Source: Candidatus Saccharimonadota bacterium
Lineage (GTDB): Bacteria > Patescibacteriota > Saccharimonadia > Saccharimonadales > UBA4665
NCBI GenBank assembly: GCA_016699955.1
Contig: CP064993.1
Coordinates: forward strand, 450,001 to 482,000
DNA: 32,000 bases
Direction of reading: 5' to 3'
Of this stretch, positions 1 through 8,314 are shown piece after piece. The notes below the pieces were generated by a model. The model did no database searches. It saw only the letters and a list, made by a program, of their open reading frames with translations, and was not told the origin of the DNA. The stretch's first letter is position 1; every line of letters begins with the position of its first letter. Both the position numbers and the translations under genes were made by a program.

Positions 1-2
1 GT

Positions 3-212
3 TTTATCAACCCGTGGCTGAACATCATTGTCGGATCAAAATTGCAAGAACGCAAAGCCTACATCGGTGACGAGTCTTTTGCATGGGGCAAGTTCGTCTA
101 TGTGTTTATTAATTTCCTCATGGTGCTTCTGGCAATCTATCTGCTCATAAAATTGTTTAAGCTCGATAAACTAGATTTGCCAAAAGAAGTGAAGCCCAAG
201 AAGTCAAAATGA
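3..212 (+). CDS. mscL: MscL large-conductance mechanosensitive channel, C-terminal part (5' end outside window)
   Basis: Frame 3 is open from the window edge to TGA 210-212. Translation ...ESFAWGKFVYVFINFLMVLLAIYLLIKLFKLDK...KPKKSK has the MscL TM2 pattern (G-x-F-x-INFL-x-AIYL-x-K) and a basic tail. It is absent from the ORF track because it has no start. Its stop overlaps the msrB ATG (ATGA). Confidence 0.7.
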   Translation, partial: FINPWLNIIVGSKLQERKAYIGDESFAWGKFVYVFINFLMVLLAIYLLIKLFKLDKLDLPKEVKPKKSK

Positions 213-604
213 CATCCCAGGTGAATCCTAACCTTTCTGATGAACAAAAACGGGTGCTGTTTGAGCAAGGAACCGAACTGCCAGGGAGTGGTTTGTTACT
301 GGACGAATCACGGCGCGGAGTGTATGGCTGCGCAAACTGTGGTGCTCTGCTGTTTCGAAGTGAGTCGAAGTACGAATCGGCCACGCCTGGTCTAGTTGGC
401 TGGCCAAGTTTTGCGGAAGCTGCCAGTAATGAAGCGCTTATACTGGCGCCAGACACGTCACTGGGTATGCCGCGCACCGAGGTAACTTGTGCGAAGTGTG
501 GTGCCCACCTTGGACACCTTTTTACCGGCGTCGACGACCATCCGTCGGGAAACCACTTTTGCATTAACTCCTGCGCGCTTAATTTTAAAGAAAAGTTGGG
601 ATGA
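209..604 (+). CDS. msrB: Peptide-methionine (R)-S-oxide reductase MsrB
   Basis: 131-aa ORF with two CxxC zinc pairs (CANCGALLF, CAKCGAHLGHLF) and the catalytic GNHFCINS motif of SelR/MsrB. Confidence 0.93.
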   Translation: MTSQVNPNLSDEQKRVLFEQGTELPGSGLLLDESRRGVYGCANCGALLFRSESKYESATPGLVGWPSFAEAASNEALILAPDTSLGMPRTEVTCAKCGAHLGHLFTGVDDHPSGNHFCINSCALNFKEKLG

Positions 605-774
605 TAGCATACATTATGTAACTGCTCACACCCTCCTGGTATCTGTTAAGTAATTACACAAGTGTAAAATCGCATAAATGCTAACAGATAAGGCAGTTTA
701 GCGTAGGCAAGTTGTTGACCAATTATCACCTCTGTTTTTGAGGCAGTGAGCAATTACTACATCTTGAATTCGAC

Positions 775-2063
775 CTCCAAGTGCAACAAACCAAAACTAT
801 CCCCTCAAAAAGTAGGACATTAGCTTCTCGTCTGCCTTGTCTCTAGAATTAGGTGTGTTCAGCAACTAATAATCGATGAAAGGAGACAGCTAATGTCCTA
901 TCGTCATCTTATCTCAGATGACCGTGTTGTCATAGCAACACTACTGCAAGAACACAGAAACCAAAGCTATATCGCCAGTAGGATTGGCGTCAATCGTTCG
1001 GCCATCAGTCGTGAGCTGGCTCGCAACAAAACACGAGACAAACCAGTCCAGATACCACTGCCCAAACGCCCGACCATTCTCGACAAAGACTGCCGCCATG
1101 CCCGAGGTAGCGGTCTCGCCCAGGACAAATACGAAGCAGGAGAAAATTACTGCAGCGCAGTACGCGAAGTTCATCTTGCCAACCGTTTCTATGAGCCGCG
1201 CAGTGCCCAGCGTGCTGCAACCACACGACGTTTGAATGCAAACCAAAGCCGGCTGCGGTTGGCATACCAGTCTGGCGACTGGCTCGAACAGTACGTCAGA
1301 CATCGTCTACTCAAAAATGAGTGGTCACCCGAGCAGATTGCCGGTGGCTTAAGACGAAACTACGGTATTGTACTTCACTGGCAAACCATTTACGACTATA
1401 TCGATCTTTGCTCCAACAAAACAGATAAGAAACAGCTTCAAAAGCACCTTCGGCGCGGCGGCAGACCGTACCGTCATCACGGTACGAACGAACGCATCAA
1501 GGCTAGGCAGAAAGCTCTGCCGCCAATTCAGAGCCGTGACGCAGTGATTGAACAGCGAACTCGTCTAGGTGACTTCGAAGGCGACACAATTGTTGGGTTG
1601 GACACTAGAGACCGAATCGCCACCCACGTTGATCGAACAAGTGGGAGTGTCTGCTCGGGTTAGTACTTGGCTATGACGCACGTAAGATAGCTGACGACAC
1701 CGCTAAGCGGCTGAAACAATATGCACAGTCCGGGCTCCCATCCGGACTGTTACATATGACCGTGGTACCGAGTTTGCCGAGTATGAGCGTCTGCGAAACA
1801 ATGCTGCCATAGCTGTGTACTTTGCTGATGCCTATACGCCATCACAGCGTGGCAGTAATGAAAATCTAAACAGCCTTGTCCGCCAATACTACCCAAAACG
1901 ATTCGACTTTAAGACGATTACCCCAAGACAACTCAAAGTCGTAGAAACCAAGCTTAACAACCGTCCAAGAAAACGATACAATTTCCGCACGCCTATTCAG
2001 CAGAGATACTACGTACAGGCAAGACAGTTAGCCGGTTTTGTTGCACTTCGGGATAGAATGTAG
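775..2063 (+). mobile_element. IS30-family insertion sequence, decayed (transposase frameshifted)
   Basis: Imperfect terminal inverted repeats: aagtgcaacaaacc (779-792) versus the reverse complement of ggttttgttgcactt (2034-2048), which is aagtgcaacaaaacc. They enclose ~1.27 kb carrying IS30-type transposase pieces. Exact ends are approximate. Confidence 0.7.
893..2063 (+). pseudogene. IS30-family DDE transposase, broken by at least two frameshifts
   Basis: N-terminal HTH (IASRIGVNRSAISRELARN), then WSPEQIAG and DFEGDTIVG (first D) in frame 2, ending at 1663. A middle piece (LVLGYDARKIADDTAKRLKQYA) reads in frame 1. TYDRGTEFAEY (second D) and SQRGSNENLNSLVRQYYPK (E) read in frame 3 (1815-2063 ORF). 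The SD AAGGAG lies before ATG 893. Confidence 0.85.
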
Positions 2064-2160
2064 GCATTATTCATTTACATACTACGTATAGAGTGGTATA
2101 AATATCATTAGGTAAACAACGTAACGATCTTGCTGCGTTAAAAACTTTAGGGGAGATTTT

Positions 2161-3864
2161 ATGAAGCGTATAGTCACTATTTTTGTCAGTATTTTACTAA
2201 TGGTGGCCGCGGCATTTGGCATGAATTCCTATGTCAGCGCATTGGGACCAAACTTAGTACCTAACCCTTCAGTTGAAAGTGGAACGGTTGGCTCGCCCTC
2301 GTCTTGGGCTAGTGGCAAATGGGGCACTAACACGACGACATTTTCGCATAAAGTAGGTGGACATACTGGCTCATACGCTCTGAATATTAAGATGACAGCT
2401 CATACCAGTGGCGATGCGAAATGGTATTTTACTCCCGTCAATGTAACTCCGAATACTTCATACACTGTGAGTAACTGGTATCAAAGCACCACACCTACAA
2501 CCGTTGCAGCGGTAGTTACTTCCACAACAGGTGCTGTCAGTTATATATCTCTCGGTACACCTGCCGCCAGCGCGACCTGGAAACAAAATTCTTACACATA
2601 TGTCACTCCTGCTAACGCTGCGAAAATGACGATTTATCATTTCATTGAAAGTGTCGGCGAGTTGACTGTCGATGATTATAGCGTGGCGACAACCGACACC
2701 ACTCCTCCGCCTCCACCACCTCCTGTAACAACCAATTTGATTGCGAATCCTTCACTAGAAACATCCGCCAATGGAACTTCCCCAAATTACTGGTATTACA
2801 GCAAATGGGGCACCAATACCACTAGTTTCAAATATGCCACGATCGGCCATACTGGCAGCCGCAGTGCCGAGATCACTACGACAGCCTTTTCAAACGGTGG
2901 CAGTCACTGGATGTACGACAGTATTGCTGTCACACCGGGTAAAGTATATGAGTTCAGCCACTGGTATAAGTCATCCGTTATGACACCGATGTATATTCGT
3001 TTGACTATGCAAGACGGCAGTGTAAAAGAAACCTGGTTGGGCGACGCGCAGGCTAGCTCCAGCTGGACGCCATATAGTACGAGAATAACTGCACCAGCGA
3101 ACGCCAGTCGCATCGCGGTTTTCCAGAGCTTGAGAACCGTCGGCACTTTAGCTACTGACGACTACTCATTTAGAGAAGTGACACCGGTTCCCTACAGCCG
3201 CGCGATTGTCAGTGTGTCGTTTGATGACGGCTGGGCAAATCAATACACAGCAGCTCGACCAGTGCTTAACGGACTTGGCTTCAAATCTACCTTCTACGCT
3301 ATATCAGGTACACTTAACACGACGTACTATATGACAGGCGCTCAGGCCAAATCGCTACACACTGACGGACATGAAATTGCATCACATTCGGTGACACACT
3401 CGAATTTCACGAATTTGTCAGCTACTCAGATGACTAACGAATTTGCGAACAGTCAGATAGCCCTGCAAAACCTTCTTGGAGCCCCTGTTACCAGTTTTGC
3501 CTATCCATACGGAGCGTACACAACCGCCAATCTCAATACCGGCAAGACGTATTACAATAACCAAAGAAGTATAGACCCAGGTTATAACTATAGAGACGCT
3601 ATTGATGCTACCAAACTCAAGGCAATTGTCGTAACCAACGCTATGACCACGGCGGAAGTGCAAAACTTGATAGACAACGCCATTGCTCAAAAATCATGGC
3701 TCATACTTACGTACCACGAAATTGCGACCAGCCCTGTCATACCAAGTAACACCGCGGGTATGGTGACGCCTGCCAATTTCAACCTGCACATGAATTACCT
3801 CAAAAACAAAGGTGTTTCAGTCCAGACTGTTAAATCTGCCCTAGCCGAAGTACAGGCGCAGTAG
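2161..3864 (+). CDS. Secreted polysaccharide deacetylase (NodB/CE4 domain) with two tandem N-terminal carbohydrate-binding-like modules
   Basis: Signal peptide (MKRIVTIFVSILLMVAAAFG...VSA). Two paralogous ~150-aa modules (NLVPNPSVESG...SNWYQS and NLIANPSLETS...SHWYKS) are joined by a P7 linker (2704-2724). C-terminal NodB motifs are SFDDGW, HSVTH, FAYPYG and LILTYHEI. SD GGGGAG lies upstream. Confidence 0.9.
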   Translation: MKRIVTIFVSILLMVAAAFGMNSYVSALGPNLVPNPSVESGTVGSPSSWASGKWGTNTTTFSHKVGGHTGSYALNIKMTAHTSGDAKWYFTPVNVTPNTSYTVSNWYQSTTPTTVAAVVTSTTGAVSYISLGTPAASATWKQNSYTYVTPANAAKMTIYHFIESVGELTVDDYSVATTDTTPPPPPPPVTTNLIANPSLETSANGTSPNYWYYSKWGTNTTSFKYATIGHTGSRSAEITTTAFSNGGSHWMYDSIAVTPGKVYEFSHWYKSSVMTPMYIRLTMQDGSVKETWLGDAQASSSWTPYSTRITAPANASRIAVFQSLRTVGTLATDDYSFREVTPVPYSRAIVSVSFDDGWANQYTAARPVLNGLGFKSTFYAISGTLNTTYYMTGAQAKSLHTDGHEIASHSVTHSNFTNLSATQMTNEFANSQIALQNLLGAPVTSFAYPYGAYTTANLNTGKTYYNNQRSIDPGYNYRDAIDATKLKAIVVTNAMTTAEVQNLIDNAIAQKSWLILTYHEIATSPVIPSNTAGMVTPANFNLHMNYLKNKGVSVQTVKSALAEVQAQ

Positions 3865-3944
3865 GCTATAAGCCTCGGTTTGAAAATACACTAGCGTACA
3901 TCGCTGACGATAAAAGGCCATCGAATTCGTCCTGCTAAGACTTT

Positions 3945-4359
3945 AATTTACGGCTTAAGAACAAATCCGGACTGCTATTAGCCCATAAAATATAAATAAC
4001 GGACAGCCATGGCCCGTCGTATATCCTAAAAGCATGGTAAATGGCTCAAAGAACAAGACAGTGTGACAAAGCAATACCCACACCAGCGAACCAGACGAGC
4101 CTACTTCAGCCTAGTCAGAAACCTGCCTTACTTGTTCACGTACCAAGCAGATTACCTACAGGAATACACGACAGAAACTGGCAAGAAAGTAGCCAATACT
4201 ACTAGCCCATTAGACGGTAGATTTGGTGTTTGGAAGGACAAGCTAATACCACATCGAGGCTGCTCGAAACAACGTACTATTACGATGCTTTGTAGTTTCT
4301 TCTCTGGGAGAACAGATTAGAGGAGCAGTCCAGATTTGTTCTTAAGCCGGAAGTAAATA
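3945..4359 (+). mobile_element. Miniature IS relic (MITE-like) bounded by 26-bp inverted repeats
   Basis: cggcttaagaacaaatccggactgct (3951-3976) matches the reverse complement of agcagtccagatttgttcttaagccg (4324-4349) at 25 of 26 positions. The flanking atttac extends the match with a small indel. The interior holds only a transposase C-terminal fragment that ends exactly at the right repeat. Confidence 0.6.
4063..4320 (+). pseudogene. Transposase C-terminal fragment (family uncertain)
   Basis: 85-aa ORF with a GTG start. LPYLFTY...ANTTSPLDGRFGVWKDKLIPHRGCSKQR resembles the conserved T-N-x-L-E/D-G...K...H-R-G C-terminal block of several DDE transposase families (IS256/IS1249- or IS1595-like). 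The catalytic N-terminal two thirds are missing. Confidence 0.4.
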
Positions 4360-4408
4360 GTAGTGAGCTTAGTGTTTGCTGAGACATTAACTACCGAACC
4401 GCAGCTTG

Positions 4409-4478
4409 GTGTAAAACCATTGTAAGCGCCAACAGGCGCTAGCGAACGAGAGCGAAGCCTAAAGGGGCGGGTTATATA
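4409..4478 (+). repeat. Dispersed intergenic repeat, copy D
   Basis: gtgtaaaaccattgtaagcgcc...agcgaacgagagcgaagcctaaaggggcgggttatata shares three modules with the other copies: the 5' module (GTGTAA..ACC..TGT.AGCG), the central GAGCGA block and the GGGTTAT terminus. These match copies at 25501-25587, 21152-21240 and 8958-9066 (reverse). Confidence 0.6.
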
Positions 4479-4663
4479 AGCAGCGAACTCCTGGCCGGAC
4501 ATGTTACTAATAGCAAAGGATAGAATCATCTTAGTCCACACCAAGAACAAGGGCTGAAACAAATAATAGTTTTTGATATGTATACATCCCTATGTAAGCA
4601 AAAAATCAGAGTAACTTAGTTGATAATACGACAACAGTCTGGCATATTACATATATAATTATT

Positions 4664-5773
4664 ATGAACAAACCGATTCACACTGAACGACTCATCGCAC
4701 CGCCCGAGTCATCCTTACGGGCGGGGCTAGCTGATTTTTTTAAGTACTTAGGAGCATTCGTTGTTAAAGGGGCTGTCACAGTTAACGCGGTAAACCTGGC
4801 GCTAACTGGGTCTGTTGAAGGCATGTTGCTTGCCGACCAAGAGCTTGTGCTATTACATCATGACTGCCCTAGCCCCTCAGCAGCAGCAATTCAGGAGGTG
4901 GAGGGTTTATTCCCACCGTCAAAAAGTATACGGCCGTTTCGTAGTGCTGACAGTTATGGCCTTCATTATGCAAGCCCTGAGCTAAGACAGATGGCTTCGG
5001 ATTTACGCAAGGCTGCCGCCGATCCAACTGTTTCATTTGAAGATTTTGAGCATCTCGCTCAAGCGATTGATAAAGCATATGGCATCGTGCTTACTGTGCC
5101 CCGCGATGAATCATTCAGAGATTTGTATAAAGCTGTTAATCTAGCCGATGAAGAACAGCGTAAAGCTATCAAAACAGCTATTGTAAATCATGCCGATGGG
5201 CTTGTTGGGAAGTCGCATGAATTTTGGGACTACGTAGGGGCTAAGGAGGTTCGTTTCGCAGTGCCTAACAACCCCAAAGCCGTTTCGTACATTGATCCTC
5301 GGCGAGCGGGTTTTATAGTACTTGGACCTAGTACAGTCGCTGGAGACTTTAGACACGAGTCGGGGCATATAGCTGACAGATACTTCTGTCAGTCCTTTGG
5401 GTCGATGTTTGCCGATCCGGCTTTTACAACGTTGAATACCCAAGGTTATGATGAGGCATCTGAGACCGGTGGTTCAACAATTAGCCCAGGTAAAGTTTAT
5501 ATTGTAAAAGATAACTCGCCCATTTTTAATATACAAGATGTTCGACCGAATACAGTTAGTGTATACGCCAGCAAAAATGTTGTTGAAGACAAGGCAGAGA
5601 CGTTTTCCGCCGTTACTAGCTCCGCAGACTGGATGTCGTTTGTGCTACAGCAAGGCGGGCCTACCCTACGGCATAAAGGTGTAAATATTTTCGCTAAGAT
5701 GTACGAGCATAACCCACAGCTAGTTAAGTATTATGCCAATCAGCTTGCAAGATTGAATGCTGGAGCTGACTGA
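4664..5773 (+). CDS. Hypothetical zincin-like metallopeptidase (HExxH)
   Basis: 369-aa ORF. HESGH (in FRHESGHIADRY) plus a downstream VVEDKAETFSAV, resembling the E-D-x-A-E-x-F third-ligand helix of several zincin families. No signal peptide recognised. Confidence 0.6.
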   Translation: MNKPIHTERLIAPPESSLRAGLADFFKYLGAFVVKGAVTVNAVNLALTGSVEGMLLADQELVLLHHDCPSPSAAAIQEVEGLFPPSKSIRPFRSADSYGLHYASPELRQMASDLRKAAADPTVSFEDFEHLAQAIDKAYGIVLTVPRDESFRDLYKAVNLADEEQRKAIKTAIVNHADGLVGKSHEFWDYVGAKEVRFAVPNNPKAVSYIDPRRAGFIVLGPSTVAGDFRHESGHIADRYFCQSFGSMFADPAFTTLNTQGYDEASETGGSTISPGKVYIVKDNSPIFNIQDVRPNTVSVYASKNVVEDKAETFSAVTSSADWMSFVLQQGGPTLRHKGVNIFAKMYEHNPQLVKYYANQLARLNAGAD

Positions 5774-5886
5774 CAACAAAATACGACGTAAAGGTCTGTC
5801 CGCTGAATCCAAACTCGATCTCAAAAGCAAGTGGACTTCAGGTATCCGGGTAAGACTGAAGTTCCATAACGTAACGCGGTTTTGGC

Positions 5887-6225
5887 TTAGCACTCTTCGT
5901 GGTATTTGTTGCCCCAGGCGGCCATGGTCTGTAAGACTGGCACGAGGTCGTAGCCCTTGGCTGTAAGTGTGTATTCGGTGCGTGGAGGCACTTCAGCATA
6001 AGTTTTTTTTGTGACGACACCGTGAGTTTCGAGAGCCTCGAGGCGCTGGCTAAGGGTGCGTGGGTTAATTGTACCGACGGATTTTTCGAGCTCCCCAAAT
6101 CTTTTGGGTCCTGCGTAAAGGTCGCGGATGATAAGAGCGGTCCATTTTTGTCCAATAACACGCAGCGCTGAGGCGATGCATCCGATCTGTGGTTCTAGGT
6201 TGGTAAATGTAGGTTGACTAGTCAT
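5887..6225 (-). CDS. HxlR-family winged-helix transcriptional regulator
   Basis: CIASALRVIGQKWTALIIRDLYAGPKRFGELEKSV..INPRTLSQRLEALETHGVV...YTLTAKG is the canonical HxlR pattern. I prefer ATG 6225, which has GGAG 6 nt upstream, over the TTG at 6237 that opens the ORF track entry. Confidence 0.9.
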   Translation of the reverse strand: MTSQPTFTNLEPQIGCIASALRVIGQKWTALIIRDLYAGPKRFGELEKSVGTINPRTLSQRLEALETHGVVTKKTYAEVPPRTEYTLTAKGYDLVPVLQTMAAWGNKYHEEC

Positions 6226-6298
6226 TGTTTGCTCCAAAAAGGTTTCTTGGCTTTGCTCGAGATGACATTTCTGTGAATCGTAGAAATGGCACTTTACT

Positions 6299-6348
6299 TT
6301 GTATAGTTATAAACGTATACTTACTATATAAAGTATATCATAAGGAGG
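6299..6348 (+). promoter_or_regulatory. Candidate promoter, operator and SD for the FMN-reductase gene in the divergent hxlR spacer
   Basis: TTGTAT (6299-6304), a 17-nt spacer, then TACTAT (6322-6327). Inverted hexamers tatagt (6302-6307) and actata (6323-6328) flank a gtatac palindrome (6315-6320). SD AAGGAGG at 6342-6348. Confidence 0.35.
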
Positions 6349-6356
6349 AGTAAAAG

Positions 6357-6926
6357 ATGAAATTAGGCATAATCGTTGGTTCAGTACGTCAGGGGCGTGT
6401 CAGTGGGAACATGGCAACTTGGGTTGCGAATGCAGCAAAGGCATATGAAGGTGTAGACGTAGAGGTTATCGATCTTCTTGACTACAAACTGCCAATGTTT
6501 GACGAGGCAGTTTCACCTCAGTACAATCCTGACCGCAAGCCGGAGGGAGAGGCTAAGAAGTGGCTCGATGTTCTCGCACGTCAGGAGGCTTATGTTATTG
6601 TAACTCCAGAGTATAACCGTTCAATTTCTGGTGCCTTAAAAAATGCTCTGGACTATGTGGCGTACGAAATGGCAAAGAAACCAGTCGCCTTGGCTTCACA
6701 TGGTTCAACCGAAGGAGCACAAGCAGTGGCCCAGCTCCGGGGTATTTTAGCCGGCGTATTAGCCGTGGCAACTCCCGTATTTGTTGGCTTACCGTACATG
6801 GATGCTCAGAATATGAAAGAAGACGGTACTTTTGAGGATGCTGGTAGCTACCGTGCCGGTCAGCTGAAGGCCGCTCTTGATGATGTAGTGTGGTATGGGA
6901 ATGCACTCGCCGCTGCACGTAAATAA
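6357..6926 (+). CDS. NAD(P)H-dependent FMN reductase family oxidoreductase
   Basis: MKLGIIVGSVRQGR...YVIVTPEYNRSISGALKNALDY is the FMN_red signature. Strong SD. Divergent from an HxlR regulator, a common pairing. Confidence 0.88.
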   Translation: MKLGIIVGSVRQGRVSGNMATWVANAAKAYEGVDVEVIDLLDYKLPMFDEAVSPQYNPDRKPEGEAKKWLDVLARQEAYVIVTPEYNRSISGALKNALDYVAYEMAKKPVALASHGSTEGAQAVAQLRGILAGVLAVATPVFVGLPYMDAQNMKEDGTFEDAGSYRAGQLKAALDDVVWYGNALAAARK

Positions 6927-6940
6927 ACTTGACTAAGAAA

Positions 6941-7003
6941 AGAACCTCCGACCGCTGTCTTTTTCCTGGACGACCCTGAAGACAGCTAGGGTTCTTTCGT
7001 TAT
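6941..7003 (+). terminator. Possible intrinsic terminator or hairpin after the FMN-reductase gene
   Basis: agaacc (6941-6946) pairs with ggttct (6989-6994), and gctgtc (6954-6959) pairs with gacagc (6981-6986). A T-rich tail ttcgtt follows. The stem is imperfect with a large loop. Confidence 0.3.
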
Positions 7004-7028
7004 TCGAGGTTATATCCCGTTCTATCTC

Positions 7029-7057
7029 TTAACTCTTATATCATAACTCTGTATACT
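7029..7057 (+). promoter_or_regulatory. Predicted promoter of orn
   Basis: TTAACT (7029-7034), a 17-nt spacer, then TATACT (7052-7057). Only 10 nt separate it from ATG 7068, and there is no SD. Confidence 0.5.
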
Positions 7058-7067
7058 CAGAAGTAAT

Positions 7068-7643
7068 ATGAGTGAGATTGACAAAAAAGTACTGCCGACT
7101 CGACTGTTGTGGGTAGATCTAGAAATGACTGGGCTCGATGCGTCGCAAGATGTCATTCTCGAGGTAGCCGCGGAGGTGACAGATTTTGAGCTCAATACGC
7201 TTGAGACGTATGAGGCAATAGTGGCGCAGCCAGCTGAGATTGTTGTTGCTCGGATGCAAAAAAACTCGTGGTGGCGGGGGTATCCCGAAAACCGTGATGA
7301 ATTTATCCGGAAAACGAGCGATGAAAAAACAGCAAAACCAAGTTATATCATCGAGCAAGAGCTGGTGGCGCTCATAGAGCAACATTTTGGCGCCGAACCT
7401 GCCGTTCTCGCAGGCAATAGCATATATAACGACCGCAAATTCATTGCGCGGTACTGGCCGAAACTTGATTTGAAACTGCACTACCGTATGCTCGACGTGA
7501 GTGCCTGGAAAGTGTTCATGCAGGGACGGTTTGGCGTAAACTACGAGAAAGCAGACGTGCATCGTGCTCAAGAGGATATACAGGCATCTATTGCTGAGCT
7601 CCAAAACTACCTCGAGTGGTTCGATAAGCGGCAGATATTTTGA
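7068..7643 (+). CDS. orn: Oligoribonuclease (DEDDh 3'-5' exoribonuclease)
   Basis: LLWVDLEMTGLD, GNSIYNDRKFI, HYRMLDVS and HRAQEDIQASIAEL align with the Orn motifs Exo I-III. Confidence 0.92.
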   Translation: MSEIDKKVLPTRLLWVDLEMTGLDASQDVILEVAAEVTDFELNTLETYEAIVAQPAEIVVARMQKNSWWRGYPENRDEFIRKTSDEKTAKPSYIIEQELVALIEQHFGAEPAVLAGNSIYNDRKFIARYWPKLDLKLHYRMLDVSAWKVFMQGRFGVNYEKADVHRAQEDIQASIAELQNYLEWFDKRQIF

Positions 7644-8314
7644 GTCGTGAGCCAAGCATTAAAGCAGTCGTTTTTGACCTCGACGGGACGCTGCTAAATA
7701 CGTCGGAGCACGTTTTGCAGGCCTTTGAACATGTCATGCGCGAACATGGTGAGACACAGGAGCGTCAGGCCATCATCGAGGCAATTGGACCACCGCTGCT
7801 TGAGTGTTACCAGCAGCTTCTGCCGAGCCATGATCCAGAAAAGTTGGCTCATCGTCATCATGAACTCCAACAGTCCAAAGAATTTCTTGCACTGGTAGAA
7901 GAATACGTGGGTATGCGGCAAACGCTGGCAGTGCTTCGCGATGCAGGCATAAAAACGGCTGTTTTTACGAACCGTTGGCGCAGGGGAGTTAATTTGTTGT
8001 TTCAGGAGCTCGGGCTAGGGCCGGAGTTCGACATTGTCATTTCACCGGATGAGCTGAAATGCGGCAAACCTCACCCCGAGGGCTTGTTGCTGATTGCTTC
8101 GGAGCTCAGTATTCCGCCTCATGCTTTGGCAATGGTCGGGGATCTACCGGTCGATATAAAAGTAGGCAAGAATGCTGGGGCGGGGATAACGATCGGTATA
8201 ACGCACGGCTTTGGTTCGCGAGAAGAGCTTGAAGCAGCCGGGGCAGATTATATCGTTGATTCACTGGCGGAGCTGGGTAAGCTAATCGAAAGGCTCAATG
8301 ATGGCAAGCGTTAA
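7640..8314 (+). CDS. HAD-family hydrolase (phosphoglycolate phosphatase-like)
   Basis: VVFDLDGTLLNT (motif I), FTNR (motif II), KPHPEGL and VGDLPVDIKVGKNAG (motifs III/IV). The TTG start overlaps the orn stop. Confidence 0.85.
   Translation: MSREPSIKAVVFDLDGTLLNTSEHVLQAFEHVMREHGETQERQAIIEAIGPPLLECYQQLLPSHDPEKLAHRHHELQQSKEFLALVEEYVGMRQTLAVLRDAGIKTAVFTNRWRRGVNLLFQELGLGPEFDIVISPDELKCGKPHPEGLLLIASELSIPPHALAMVGDLPVDIKVGKNAGAGITIGITHGFGSREELEAAGADYIVDSLAELGKLIERLNDGKR

Noticed and set aside
157-564. 135-aa minus-strand ORF
   Set aside because: It is entirely antisense to the well-supported msrB. Its composition is Ser/Pro/Arg-rich and it has no recognisable motifs.
941-1303. Several 83-120-aa ORFs on both strands inside the IS30 transposase region
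   Set aside because: They overlap the recognisable transposase frame and are alternative-frame artefacts.
4317-4562. 81-aa minus-strand ORF with a TTG start
   Set aside because: It runs through the right inverted repeat of the miniature IS and through repeat copy D (4409-4478). It has no SD and no recognisable family.
7119-7655. 178-aa minus-strand ORF
   Set aside because: It is antisense to orn, which has unambiguous DEDDh motifs.
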